Below, piece by piece: positions 13,772-27,363 of a DNA stretch of 64,000 nt; positions within the stretch are counted from its first letter, which is position 1; every line of letters starts with the position of its first letter. Below the pieces are notes generated by a model, which was not told the DNA's origin, ran no database searches, and saw only the letters and a program-made list of their open reading frames with translations. The position numbers and the translations under genes were made by a program. Source of the DNA: Tubulanus polymorphus (lineage: Eukaryota; Animalia; Nemertea); contig NC_134025.1 of the NCBI RefSeq assembly GCF_964204645.1, positions 13,454,001 to 13,518,000 of the forward strand, in the 5' to 3' direction.

Positions 13772-16090
13772 ATAAATGTATAAAGAATATGATTTCTCAT
13801 AAAACAGATTGATCTCATTCATTCCGAATGATCTGAATTGAGCGGGTTCAACCTATCATATCAAAGATCTAGAAGGGGTGGTTACTCCTATGAAATTTCA
13901 TAAGTGCGCTTTTTGAGCAACAGTAATCACACACTTAAGTCACTGAAATTGTTTCCATTCTATGATAGTTTATGCTGATCAAGTTATTCTTTCAATACGT
14001 GCATTCCTCATATTTCAGTATTGAATTAAACAGTGTTACTGGATCTCAGAATCACTCTACAATTCAAAATTACATTTATCTGTGTGTGTTTTACTGAGTC
14101 AAAGTACTCGCTGTCCAAGGGAGATCAGCGAGCAGTTGCCTTATTGCGTAATTCAATACCATTTCCATAAAACATGAAGGCTTCATCCTTTCGTCATGCA
14201 AAGAACAGACTACCGACAACCACAGATTGTTTTTGTGAATCATACGTGTATCATATATCTGGTAAAAAGATGAATCGTGAATCATGATAACATCCTTGTC
14301 AAATCAAATATTTAAACATATACACTTTACTGAACACGAAACTAAAACTTGCCACCCCCATGAATATCTTAAGATTTGAATCGTTTTTACAAAATTATCA
14401 TACCTGAAATACAGTGTGTTGCTCTGTTCAGCAAATCTATGTCAATAGTAAGCGATTCTTTCAAAATCAACATCAACAACTACGGATATTAGACTTCATA
14501 GAGTACACATAGCAAACTCAGTAGCCAGATGTTCTGACCATGGTACTAAACAATAGAAATATCATAACAATTGATTTCTTTATTAAGTTACGCAGTTGAC
14601 GTGCCATCACATATGGATTCTAGTACTAGTTTTAAGCTGATGTCCATGCGTTGCAGCAAGGATGAATCGAATATAGTGACGTCCTTGCCACAACAGTAAG
14701 ACTTGTATCCTATCGAGCTACCAATAACCTTGAAGTAATTATCTTGTCAAGATGATAACTCCAAGCAATAACCATCAATATCGATAAGTGATAAAAGGTC
14801 AGCAGTTTATAGCTACATATTGTATGTGTAAGTGTATATATTGTAATTCGATAACCAGAAGCCGTCCAACTTTTTAATTGTCAAACACGCCATGCAGCTT
14901 ATCATCAGTTCATAAAAGCGGCGTTCACACAAGATTCTTGGAAGAATGCCGTGCTGACAGAGAAATTTGCATTCACAAGTGATTCAGCGGTTAGTAATGC
15001 TAAGCTTTAGTTATGCCGATTCGGGGGTATTTTCAAGATGGCATTTTCTTGCTATCTCTATTTCCTGTACTTTCAATCCATTCTTAATCTTGTATTTTCA
15101 ATCTATTCTTAATCTGCTCTACTGCCAATGCTCTACTTATGAATGGTAATTAAATTGTCAATTTGGCACACAACTACAATTAAGTTCCTTGCTTAAAGCA
15201 AGCAAAATACTTTTTTCACCATATAGCCTATTGTAAAAAGTGAGTTTACACATTGCCTATATATATATTTCTTCTTGTTAGTGGCTTCTCGTGTTAAAAA
15301 TGGGAATAAAAACGATTAAAAACTTTGATGTGCATGAGTGAAAGGCAATCATCCCCCTTGTTGAGTTGAGTGTACTACAATACATGGCTTTCTAAGAGCC
15401 TAATCTGCATTTACACTACAAAGAATGGCAAACTCAGCACTGTATCGAGATTCTCGAATTTTGAATCATTTTCTGCGCTTACTAAACCCATGTGCCTATT
15501 TCATTACAGCTTATTCTTACTTTCTTCTTACCCCCGCCAAATTTGACCTCCACTTCACTATTTTGGCAAATTCGCCAAAATGGAATTCCTTGTCTTAGCA
15601 TACCAATTTGGATTTTCAATGTTTTTCTATTTTTTCATTTCATGAGTTTACGTTATGGCCTGAATCAGCCAAAATACATCTAACATTCTTATATGAAATA
15701 TAAATGCTCGACTTAAAATACATTCACAGTTATAGGCCAATTTACATTTTTGAATCGCCACCAGTCAGCCATCTTGAATGCAATTACTCTAAAATCAAAA
15801 AATCTTCATGCCAGCAGGCCTATACATCTAACCCATTATTTCGTTCCTGGCAGGGGTGGTGGGTGTGTAAATCAAACAAAATCTACTAACAAAATAACAG
15901 GGTCAATCCCTATGGTGGCTCATTCATTTTTTTTCTAGTTTTGTCATAATTTCGCCCTCATTTGCACCCTCATGTATTCACGCATGTCCCTTAACAGCCA
16001 CCATACTATTTTAAGATTTAAAAAAAAGTGAATATTTTAGGATTTCATCACAATTGCTTTCTGAGTTGTCAATGTAAGAGTCAAAACCAT

Positions 16091-16151
16091 ACAGTCATTA
16101 CACTGTACAGTCAAATCCATATAGTCATTATACTGTACAGTCAAATCCATA
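16091..16151. repeat. About 30-bp tandem duplication
   Basis: AGTCATTA(C/T)ACTGTACAGTCAAATCCATA twice. Confidence 0.8.
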
Positions 16152-18489
16152 ATACTGGAATCCCACCCCTGATTTCATCCAGGGATATGATTAGCATATA
16201 CCAAACGGGTGTCTATTTTGCTCAAACAAGTAGCTGCAAAATACCCTTTCAGAATATTCTCAAACTACTCAGTATCCAAGATTTAACCAACCAATCTGGA
16301 TACAAAACCCAAGCAATTCATGTTAGCTGTTGTGTGATCAGAAAAATCGCTTGTTTGTGTATGCACCGGGTAAAAGTCATCGCTACTTGTCTGGAGCTCA
16401 GAGTCAATAGGTGTTTTTTGCATGATCGACAGTGAAATTGCAGTGACTCTTTGCTTGTCTGCCATTTAATCCAAATACGACTGATTTAACAATTAGTCAC
16501 AAGTGACTTAAAATCCCATGTCGCAGCAAAACTATTATCATCAAAATTGTTAGCTCCCAATGTCAATGGAGGAAATCTTCTTTTCTGAAGACATATAAAC
16601 TTCAATGATTTGAAAAAAAAACGTGAGCTTTTTAATGTATTTTCGGATCATACTACGTAATCCAATATTAAGTAAAGGCCTATGCTTCCACATTTGAACT
16701 TATTCAAGACAAATATCTGCAGTTGATAATAAGATAGATAAATTCTGGGTTTGAATTTAGTTTCAGAGATTTGGCAAATTTCATCCTTTCCAAACAGATC
16801 ATGAAAGCTACTCTTGACTCCCCGGCAGTTTGGTTAAGTATGGGAGATTAGGGGAGATTGGGATCTCTTAGTAAAGTCACAACTAGTGTATTGCTGTCAA
16901 AAAACACTCAAGATACCCTGGCCATAGCAATCATTCCTGGGAAAATCTGTACTTGTGCTTGTTTTCAATCACTTCATAAGTTGAAATGGTGAACTTGTTA
17001 TTTCATACTCGAGGGGAATGTCTACATTTGAAATTATCTGAATAAGTCTGCTTTTACTTACTTTTTTGACTTTCACATAGATGACTTCTTATATAGCAGT
17101 CTTGATTTGATTTTACAGCAACGTCTTTTAACCTGAAAGTAAAAATACATGAAATACATGTAATTAGGAATTCATTGATTGATTGCAAAACACCAATGCA
17201 AGTGAATGCAATTACTTGCTCAACAGTCCGATCAACAAATGTTACTAACATTGTTGTTCTACATGATGAAAGAACATTTAGGAACAAAGGTTTTGTAATG
17301 AGTGAAAAACAAATATATAGATTCAACAATTTTTCAGGTATTGATCAACTGATGACCTGAAAGCTACAATCAGTTCTGCCTCGGCTAATACCAGTGGTTT
17401 CAACAGGTCATTTAACTCTACCCTAAAATATGTCATTTGCCATACGTTTTTAGAGTATAGAAGAAACAATGCCTTACTCAGTAGCATTGAGACCATAACA
17501 AGAGGCCAAATAATTTACCAAAAACATTTTAGTAAATTTCGGTGATTTGAAGGGTTAACTGAGGTGAATGATACCGAGTAAGGTAGATTCTACAGTTTTC
17601 AGTTATTATGCTTCTGAATTCCAAGAAAATCCAAGGCGAAATTAATTCTAGGCTTAACTCTAGAACTGTCTGTGGTATTGATATTTTGACATTATCTAAT
17701 GTGGTAGCCTCAAGTCAGTCATATCTCAAAAGGATTCACATATTATAAGTTTTCAACACAACATAACTTTTTCATCAACTATAAATCCTAATAAATTGCC
17801 CACAGGCAAAGTTACTTTGAAAACTGGAGCTTGTTTGGCCAGTGCCTATGAAAAATCCTTTTAATTCAAAGTTCTATTTTATATTGTATTTCATCTTTCA
17901 TATTTTGTAGTCAGATAAGGCCAAAAATATACATTTGTTTATAGTCCATGTCCAAAATTTGGTAGGGTACAGGAAGGTAGGGGAATTTTTTATATTTTGA
18001 AAGAATATTTTTCACATTATGAACAATATTTAGATAAAATTGATTTGATATGACCAATCAAAGGGCGGCTGAATATTGAATGCCTTGGCAACCTCTTCCA
18101 ATGTAGCTGATGAAGCTAACATGCCGGCACCGCAAAAAATTGGCGTATGTAAGTGGATCGTTGTAAACCCCGGATTTTACGACTAAAATATTGACCTCGA
18201 CTTATACACTGAGCGAAATGATAGTTTGCTGCTTAGTATTTTCAGGTCACAAGAAATTCTACCAAACAGAAAACGCAGTTCTCATCTTCCGCTATAATAG
18301 TTTAAATGATTATTCATGATAAATTATAATTACTTTATCAAAAAAAAAAAAAAACTTTTATTTGAACGCCACTTGAAACATTGCATTCATACACGCATTA
18401 GCAATGTAGGCCAATACAATACTGTGCGAGCGTGTGAGCGTGTGTGCGCACGCATGTGCGGCTTTCCCAGAATTTCGTCAGTTGCACCA

Positions 18490-18545
18490 GAATTCTCAGA
18501 ATTTCCTGTATATCCCAAAAACAGCCAATCACATTTGCTTGTAGA
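18490..18545 (+). repeat. Dispersed repeat fragment with CCAAT box
   Basis: AATTCTCAGAATTTCCTGTATATCCCAAAAACAGCCAATCACATT also occurs near 42704-42755. Confidence 0.6.
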
Positions 18546-21500
18546 GATCATGGTGCGCTGTGTAGTAAGCATGTTTCAGGGGCGTTGGAGGCAATTTTGA
18601 ATGCTGCGGTCAATTGCTGATTTTTGACTGGTACTCAGATGTTGCGGTGAATTTACTTCAATTTCATAAAAAATATGGTATTCAAAGAAAGAGACGTCAT
18701 TCAGTAAATTATTGCCGCCGCTGCAGTCCTTGCACTTCCTACGTCAATGTGTTCAACGCAATAATGGGTTTTCACTATGACTCACTAGCAGATGACAGAA
18801 CAATCGATGTTCTTGTTAAGGATGTCACTGGGAAAGCCCTGTGATGTCATCATCAAGTAACAAGGTCCAGCAACGATCAGTTGAATGGGAAATAATTCAT
18901 TGAAGTTTTGCTCATTTTCTCCCAATGCTTCCAAACGGCTGAGCTTATGGACAAAACTTGCCATATCAATTCCAACACCTATTTCCCTCCTCATGATAAA
19001 ATATCAGCTGTTTATATACAGTGGTTACAATTTGAGCCACCAAGAGCTAACAGAAAGTTACTCTCAGGACCATTTTTGTAAGAATCAACACAGTTGATCC
19101 TAAAGAAACTGATGCGCGGAATATTGCTAAAAGCAGCCTCATAAATACAACAATATGGGGGGTCACAGCTGGTTTCATACCATGCAGTCAATCGAAATGA
19201 CAGACTTAGTGAATAAAAGGTTTTTGCAAATTGCAACTACTTATGAAGTATCGGATAAATAGTATTGGAGTGTACAAAAAGATATTGTCACTTATGAACA
19301 TTAGCTTAAGTGCTCAGGTGGATCTAATCGTTATGGTGGCTGATTCAGGCCATACTAAAAAATTTTTCTGTAGAACTAAAGCAACGATAAAAAAGTTTTC
19401 ACATTGGCCCGTTTTTTGGTTTTCTCGTGCGAGAATTCAAAACCATATACATTATCAATGATGAAGTTTTTGAACTATAAAAAACAAAAAATATGTGTTA
19501 AAAATTTCATAAAATAAAGATAACCAATATAACCAAGTTAACTGTCTCCTGAGATTGAGATAATAATAACCAATATAGGTAACCAAGTTTGCTGGCTCCT
19601 GTGATTATTCATTTCTTATATGCAAGACCAATCAGATTCCACCTATCAATTTTTATCTATTGCTGGATGCTACGGTTACTGAGCCACCATCTTGAATCCT
19701 TGCTTGCCAAATTAACTAAACAAAAATAGTGTTGTATTCAAAATATTGTATTAGCCTATGATGTACATCAACATTGTTATCAGTGTCTAGAGCGACAAAA
19801 TATTTTACCTATAGATTTATCTCTAAAATCAAATAAATAATTGAATGGTTAATCATTTACTTCGTATTACTTTATACATACCAGTTATATGCCACTCAGT
19901 ACTAATGCAGGGTTATTTCCACATTTAATGCAGGGTTATTGCCATATATTCTTGGTCAAGCGATGTAAAATGAGTGAACTGAGTGATGGAACCCATCGGT
20001 CAACACAAGGTTGATACTTTGTGCTGAAGCTGGCAAGTGAGGCGGTTGAAGTGACAGTAACATGCATTAGTGTGTAATGCATAATGAGGTGAAATCCATA
20101 ACCTCATTCTATATCAGCATGTAGCTGATCCCAAGCATTAAAAGTTCACCAAATCATCAGGTAGAGGATAATCTCAGTCATTTTAATTGAAGCGCAGTTT
20201 ACTAGGGGGTTTGTGGGTATCACAGCAACATATAGTGATTACATATGCATAATTAATGGCTGCTGATATGTCTCTGATGTAACATGACCTCCCTGATCTT
20301 CTCTGTCTACCGATGATTCCCAGTGCATAAATGACCTTCATTAATGGCACCTGTACCGAGATCAACTGACTGTTGTTATTACTAGTGAAAATATGGATTA
20401 CCCATGCTGATTGATTATCCTCACAGAGATGTGGCTCTCGTTAATTGACTGGACTGGCAAACGCCTGAGGATGAATGGATGAACTGCAGATATCAAAAGT
20501 GCATTAAAGAACCCGACAATATCTCACCGGGAATTATCTAACAACCACAGTTGATGCTTCTCATCTCGTCATCGATACCTTTATGTAGGGAGGTGGATGC
20601 ACTTGGTTTATGACCACTGCTTACTTGAAGAAGGTTCATGATTTAAGTTCATGTGTTGAAAATACTGTGATGAATTTAGGTAAAAATTCCCTCAAATTGA
20701 ATTTCATGACAAAATTTATCAATACTCTCACGTTGATTAAGAAAAATTAAGATGGGTTTTTGCAATTTTAATCTTACTACTGAATTAACTCAAGATGTTA
20801 GTTATCCCCTCAATTACATGTATACCAAAATACTGTAGTGAAAATTATTGGCGAGGGCTTTCTCCAAAAATATATGGCTATGAGGAATATGAATACCTTA
20901 TACCACGATGAGAAGTTGAGGAATGAGCTGAATTCAGTTCTGTATATACTTAATAATAAAAATCGAGAAATTAAAGGTCAAACTTTGAAAAAATTTCTTA
21001 ATTGTAAATTGCAGAGAGCAAAAATGGAATTAGGGGGCATATTTACAAAAACTGAATTAGGGGGAATTTAAACAAATGAGAAAACAGCAAATAAGAAAGG
21101 AACATTTTTTAAATACAAAAACAATCGCATCTGCTTACATTCCCATGATTGTGATGAAATGTTCATCCACAAATCATCATAAAATCAATCAAGCAGAAAG
21201 AAGAGCCTTTAATGATGTGAACACCTCAGATCAACACAAGTTTTTCAGTGCTTCAAAAAGTGTGAAACATAAACAAAAAACTTCAGTCAACATCCAAGCA
21301 TGTGTCAGCACACTGTAGAATAATAAGACTGTCAAACGCCCAAGACAAAGCAGTTTCTAATGAGGCATAATAGACATAACTGTAATCACGGCATCAGCTT
21401 GGAATAATCAAAGTAACATTTTTCAGCAGCATTACCCATATTCATCGAGGTCTCAATTAAGAATCAAGATTATTTCATGTACAGGCGTTGTTATTGCAAC

Positions 21501-22485
21501 ATAATTATTAGCATTTTCATTATAATGCAATTTTAGATAAAATGAAAGTATTTCATGAGATTCCACGCAACTGAACAATCAATCATTTTAGGTGAAAATA
21601 TGCGCGCACACTAACTGTCTATAAACGATATGCATGATAAACTGAGATTCTATTGTTTTATAGCTAAGTTGGCACCGAGAATTATCATTTCGCAAAAGAT
21701 TTCTGCACGAACTAGAGACTCCATGCTCTCTCCATTGTCAGTCTAGCATATAATTGCAGGTGCAGGTTGAAAAATTGCAGCTGCCATTTAAAAACGGTAA
21801 ATAAAACAAAATAACCAATAAACAAATCGAGAAAAACCAAGCAATCTAGGAAGTTCGGTAGAGACTTCTAAAATTCCATGGTCTTTGAACAAATCTTAAT
21901 TACATCAAAAAGCGTCACATGGCAGCTAACCCTGATTTATTGCCCAAACAAGAAAGCTGTTGAAAATGATAATCATTCATCATTTTCAGAGAAACCTAAG
22001 AAAATGACATAAGTAATTTCTTATGTACTGTAGACGGCACATCCATATTGATTGAAAACTTTGAATATTCAAAATTTTCAATTCACCACAATTGGAAAAT
22101 CATAGATCAATAAATGTGATTGAATTGATTTACAAGTGATGATTATTCGACTATCAATAATCAACTATTTTCGACACCGCAACATCACAAGGCTCCTCAA
22201 AAACATTGGAAAAGATGAATAAAGATGCACCAAAAACATCTGTCAACCAAATCATCACCCGTCAAATCAACCACATACGGACGTTCGTCTAACAAACATC
22301 AAAACAAAGGTACATTTTTTATATGACCATGCCACTTGACACTGGAGAAACTGCCTGAACTGGTTTTCATCCCTTCTATGTTTCTCAATTCGAAATCAAT
22401 TTACCAGCATCCTACTTTTATGTAAATATGTGTGGCAAGGCAGGGTAAATAAGATGCATGTTTGATGCAAACAATCCCCACCATC

Positions 22486-23249
22486 AACTAGAATGTCGCT
22501 GAAGACGACTGATGCCCAGACATCAGGTGAAACGCGAGTGTAAAATACACTGCAAGCGTATGTCGACCTATTTATGAAGGGAGGAAATGAAAAATTCAAA
22601 ACGGCATCTGGTGACCTTGACCTTTGACCTACAGGACTCAAAATCTGATCAATCACTCACGGTCTCTAGGGTAGCCCATCCATAAAGTTTCACAAAGTTA
22701 TCTTATACCGTTTATGAATTAAGAGCCCAAAAATGAAAAATATAAAACAGCTCCTGGTGACCTTGACCTTTGACCAACAGGACCCGAAATCTAATCAGTT
22801 ACCACGGTTCCTAGGATAACCCATCAATAGAATTTCAATAAGTTATCTTAAACTGTTTATGAGTTAGAGCCCGGAAATGAAATTCACAAAACGGCACCCG
22901 GTGACCTTGACATTGGACCTACAGGACCCGAAATCGAATCAGTTACCCACGGTCTCTAGGACCCATCCATAGAATTTCAGTAATTTATCTCAAACCGTTT
23001 ATGAGTTAGAGCCCGGAAATGAAATTTACAAAATGGCTTCCTGCGACCTTGACCTTGGACCTACAGGACCCAAAATCTAATCACTTACTAACCTCATATA
23101 GTACAACACAACTGTTGAATTTGAAAAAAAATCTGTCAAAGGGTTTAGGTGCAAGGGCACGGAAGGAAACCACTGCAGACAGACGCACGGAAAGATGGAC
23201 GGACGATGAAGTGAATACAGTATACCCCCACGTATTATGGGGGCATAAT
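22486..23249 (-). mobile_element. Helentron-associated (HINE) element with central ~144-bp tandem array
   Basis: AACTAGA end with GTCG..CGAC hairpin; subTIRs ATGCCC / GGGCAT; unit marker G(T/C)GACCTTGAC...ACAGGAC near 22611, 22756, 22900 and 23043; GACG/ACGG microsatellite; terminal CCCCCA..TGGGGG hairpin. Confidence 0.85.
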
Positions 23250-24188
23250 AAAAAACCATGTCAAATAAATAAGAGTTCTGCAGAAACCACAATTTAGGAT
23301 CCTAGAAGTTGTAGCACCCAGTTGTTATATATCCATGAAAATGTGTATAATGTGTAATGCTATTTGGAGTCAATTTGATTGATTCTTGAACACTAACTAG
23401 GACTTTCAAATTAATGATAAATTATTTCCCAGGATTTCTATTTGTAAAATAATCATTCTATCCTTGTATAGAAATTTAGATAACTACGCATGATCTTTTA
23501 CTACTTACATGCGGGCCAAAATGCAAAAACGCTGCTAATTTGCCACATTTAACCAGCTTGCTGTATACTACTGTGGACATATAAACTACTAAGTGCACAG
23601 ACCCTAACCTCATTGCCGATGTGATGACCCTTTCTTGGAGCCATCAAGAATTAATATTTATGTATCACTCATCAAGTCAGAGACAGATATGCAACTGAAC
23701 AAAATATATTCGTATCCTGATTTGACTAAGCTATATCAATGCTATCAAACAAACACAACATCATCATTTAACCTCTGTCAGAGTACCCGGGCATTTCACT
23801 GTAGCCAATCCTGTGATTCCAGGTTTTACTAACACCCGAATGTACACACTGAGTACTAGTATTTGGCTGAAGAGATTATATGATCAATATATTGCACAGA
23901 CACAGTCCTAGTACTTCAGGAGATGAACTAATGAGATCAATGCTTTACATGAAGTTCACCATCTGGAGCAGATCAAGAATCACCATGGATCCATAAAGAC
24001 TGCAAAACATCCCCAACCACATGTCAGGCACCACAGGTACATGGTTCAGACAAGGTGGTTCAGACAGCCCCTCAGGGAGATAAAGAGATTAGCATTGTAT
24101 AAGTCTGGATTTGATACTTCACTTCATACAGACATTTGGAAGTCTTCAACTCTTCCCTGTCAAAAGTTTTACTCTGGGTTACCCTTAA

Positions 24189-24941
24189 GGAACAGACACA
24201 CAAGGTGATTAATGATTAATCGCTGCCAACCAAACTCAGCCGGCAATTTTCTATGTGATTGCTAGACGAAGCAATCGGGCAACTGCTTGCACTGCTGTCG
24301 CGAAATAGCCAGACGCTAGCTTCCCTTTAAAAAATCTAGTTGCGATTTTGCTATCATGTGGATCATTGGGGAACCGTCAATGGCCAGTTATTGCTCTTAA
24401 GGTGAATGATCGCCGTAGCACCTACGACTAAATCGATGATCATGTTAGATATAGGTGATTCACACAGCCAACTCAATCGGCAATGGAATTCTTCTAAGTG
24501 CCAACCCATCTTCACCCGTCAAGGGATTCGAACCCACTACGAGTCGTTGGAGTCATTACTAGCCAACCAGAATCCAGTCGTACCAATCACAGCGCTTGTA
24601 ACAAACGACATTGGGCTTCTGTTGGTTTTCCCGTTCAATGGACCAATCTGCGAGCGTTTTACCGAACAAGGAAGTATTTTGCAAATCGATGTATGACGTC
24701 ATGCGCAACAGCGCCAGTAATGAAATCACGCTTCGTGAGGCCAGGGGGCTGGTGGAAGCGAGTTCGAGAGTGATACCGGACCCCTGGCAAGCGAGGATGG
24801 TGCCAACCCTGACACACTAGGCGATTTTACATATCATTATTTACAATCAAGGAAGGCCTTCAAGGCCTATATACAGCCTTTTAGTGACGATTCAATGGTG
24901 CAACTAAATCGCCTGGAAAAATTGCCTAGTGTGTCCTACAG
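24189..24941. mobile_element. Harbinger-like MITE (GACACACTAGG family) carrying a nested insertion
   Basis: Symmetric subterminal GACACAC(A/T)AGG / CCTAGTGTGTC 6 bp from each end; TTAA on both flanks; internal repeat of GACACACTAGGCGATT. Confidence 0.65.
24507..24799. mobile_element. TIR element (CATC..GATG, B-box family) with 9-bp TSD
   Basis: Imperfect TIRs CATCTTCACCCGTCAAGGG / CCCCTGGCAAGCGAGGATG; GTGCCAACC at 24498-24506 and 24800-24808; homologous copy at 55985-56311. Confidence 0.8.
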
Positions 24942-25207
24942 TTAAGATTCATTAGTGACAATGCTGATCTGATTGTAGTTGACCTCTTGCAGAGAATTAT
25001 ACATGCTCTGGTGTCACTTGTAAAGAGTCTATTATGGATGCATGTGTATAGTCACTGATCATACGAACATGTGTGTAGTCACTGATCATATGAACGAATT
25101 AATAACTAACTTTAGCAAAGCATTAGATCAAAATTTATGACAGAAATACTGAGACGAATGATATTAAAGATTGTATTGGTATCAATTTACCCTGGAGTTC
25201 CAACCAT

Positions 25208-26106
25208 GGTTAGCGGTAAAAATCCCCAATTCTTCAAAGGAGGTAAAATTCCCCTCCTTCTGAATGTAGTGTAAGTAGATACAATCTTAAGGTCAATTAA
25301 TTCATAATATTGATACATATATCCAATTTATTATTGTGGAACGTCATAAGGATATCATGAGTATACAAACTTTAGTATATACTATTTGAAATAAAACATA
25401 CTACAGACCAATACAAAACTACAGACCAATTGTCCTTGATTCTAGCGAATGATCACATTATTAATCACGTCTGTAAGTTTGTAAATGAGGCGTCCATTCT
25501 GCGTAATGCACCGCCATAATGCATTTAACCAACAGAACTTTTTGTCTTGTAATCCTATATAGGCTGGCTTTTATTTATGTATAAAAGATGACAATAAACT
25601 AATTATATATATACTACAAATTAACAGTTCATTAATACTAAATTAGTACTTAAAGTTATCAAAAAGCTTAATGAAAAGGTTCATCGCACATTTCAAATAC
25701 ATTAAAATATCTAGAATTAAAAGTTCATTATCGCTTATAACTCATGGTATTTCAGTGCCCAAATATACCACGAGTCAACAAGAGACTGTTCAAAAATATT
25801 CCAGTTCGAATTTTAAGATATTATAAATAAAAAGTTCATTATTCTTATTAGTTCTAACAATCTTTTTATTCTAAAAGTTTACGCAGAGATTGCTTTTTAA
25901 TTGTTCTAACAATTTACTTTATTCTAAAAGAATTTATCCCAACAAAAGATTCCATTGCGCAGTGCAAACACATTTCAGTCTCATCGCAAATGAACAAAAT
26001 TTGAGAAACATTTTGCTTTGAAATGTTCTTGAAAATCACTGAGTGGGGATTTTTACCTACTTTGAATAATTGGGGATTCTTACCTAGGGGATTTTTACCT
26101 ACAACC
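25208..26106. mobile_element. Mutator-like MITE (GGTT..AACC family, copy 1)
   Basis: GGTTAGCGGTAAAAATCCCC repeats inverted at right (GGGGATTTTTACC x3, ending ACAACC); collinear with 43430-44096; TSD degenerate. Confidence 0.85.
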
Positions 26107-26150
26107 TCGAACATGTAACGGTCACATTGAAAATCTCCATCTAGCTTTAA

Positions 26151-26706
26151 CACGTTCGCTGCCACCTAGCGGTTTAACGTCCGGTCGCCATTGCCAACGC
26201 TAATTTTTGACATTATACAATTTAAATGCTCCCAGCACTATTTGTACATTCATAAATAAATACACTGATCTATTTTAGTATAAAAAACCAATGACGAGAT
26301 AACTCGTCACTGGCACTGGTGAAGAGATTCTCAATTTTTTCTTGTCCCCATTGCCAGTGAAAAATCAAATAAAAATCCAAAAGAATAAAAGTTTTATTGT
26401 AAAAATGATATAGAATGATTTTAGTCGTTATATTCTCTCTAAATATTGGCCGGAAAAGAAGCTAAAATTCATTGCTATCTGAAGATTTTTTTGAAAAAAT
26501 TTCAAGTGTGCACCCGACTTGAGTTACCCCCATAAATAATATCTTAGTCTCTCCATACTGCCAGACAATTGTTAGCTGGTTTCTCGTCTCTGCCAGGTCG
26601 TTCATAACGCTATAAAATGACATTGAATCGATGACGATATAACTCGTCATGGCAAACTGCGGTGCACCCACCATGACGATTTATCTCGTCAGCGGCAGCA
26701 AACGTG
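26151..26706. mobile_element. piggyBac-like MITE
   Basis: TTAA on both flanks; TIR CACGTTCGCTGCC / GGCAGCAAACGTG; three internal imperfect palindromes of the TGACGA..CTCGTCA type. Confidence 0.85.
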
Positions 26707-26773
26707 TTAAATAAAAATGAAGCATCACTGAAAGTTTTCCTGAATACAACATAACTATGTACATTTATATTTA

Positions 26774-27363
26774 GGCCTTTTCTTTTAAATTAGTTGGAGC
26801 AGGGATTTCTTAAGGAAAATTTTGGAAGGGTGAAGAAAAAAAAATGAAAATAAAAAAAAATCTTTTGGTATTTCATATAACATGGAAGGGTGAATGGGAA
26901 AAAAATAAAATCAAAAAATCATTTTTATTGCTATATTATATACTAATATGGAAGGGTGAAGGAGAAACAATAAAATTAAAAAAAATTATTAGCGGCGAGG
27001 TTGTAAACAGAGAGGTGTCCCGCCAATCTCACTACTTGTCGATTTCGCAATGCAACTTTCTCACGATTACTTGGAAACAGAAAGTTTCCTCGACGCCGGC
27101 GGCGTCGGCGCTACCGACCATTTTGTTGCGATACTAACAGCAGAACGAAACCGTCAAATTATTCAATTCAAATTCAAATCAAGTTTATTTTCAAGAATTT
27201 GATGTCCGATGAGAGACAGAACAAAATTTTAATTTTAATTTTAATTTTAGGATGGAAGGCGTCAAATATAAAAAATTAATTTCTTTACAACATGTGAGAA
27301 TTTATGTGGAAGGGCGACGGATATAAAAATGGATCCGAGCTCCAACTAATTTAAAAAAAGGCC
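26774..27363. mobile_element. PIF/Harbinger (Tourist-like) MITE
   Basis: TIR GGCCTTTT..TTAAATTAGTTGGAGC / GCTCCAACTAATTTAAAAAAAGGCC; TTA TSD on both sides; internal GGAAGGG(T/C)GA repeats. Confidence 0.85.

Noticed and set aside
18785-19236. Adjacent minus-strand ORFs as exons or a pseudogene
   Set aside because: No recognisable domain or convincing splice boundaries
22600-23090. Regularly spaced repeats as a CRISPR-like array
   Set aside because: The intervening sequences are homologous too (true tandem repeat); eukaryotic context; no cas genes
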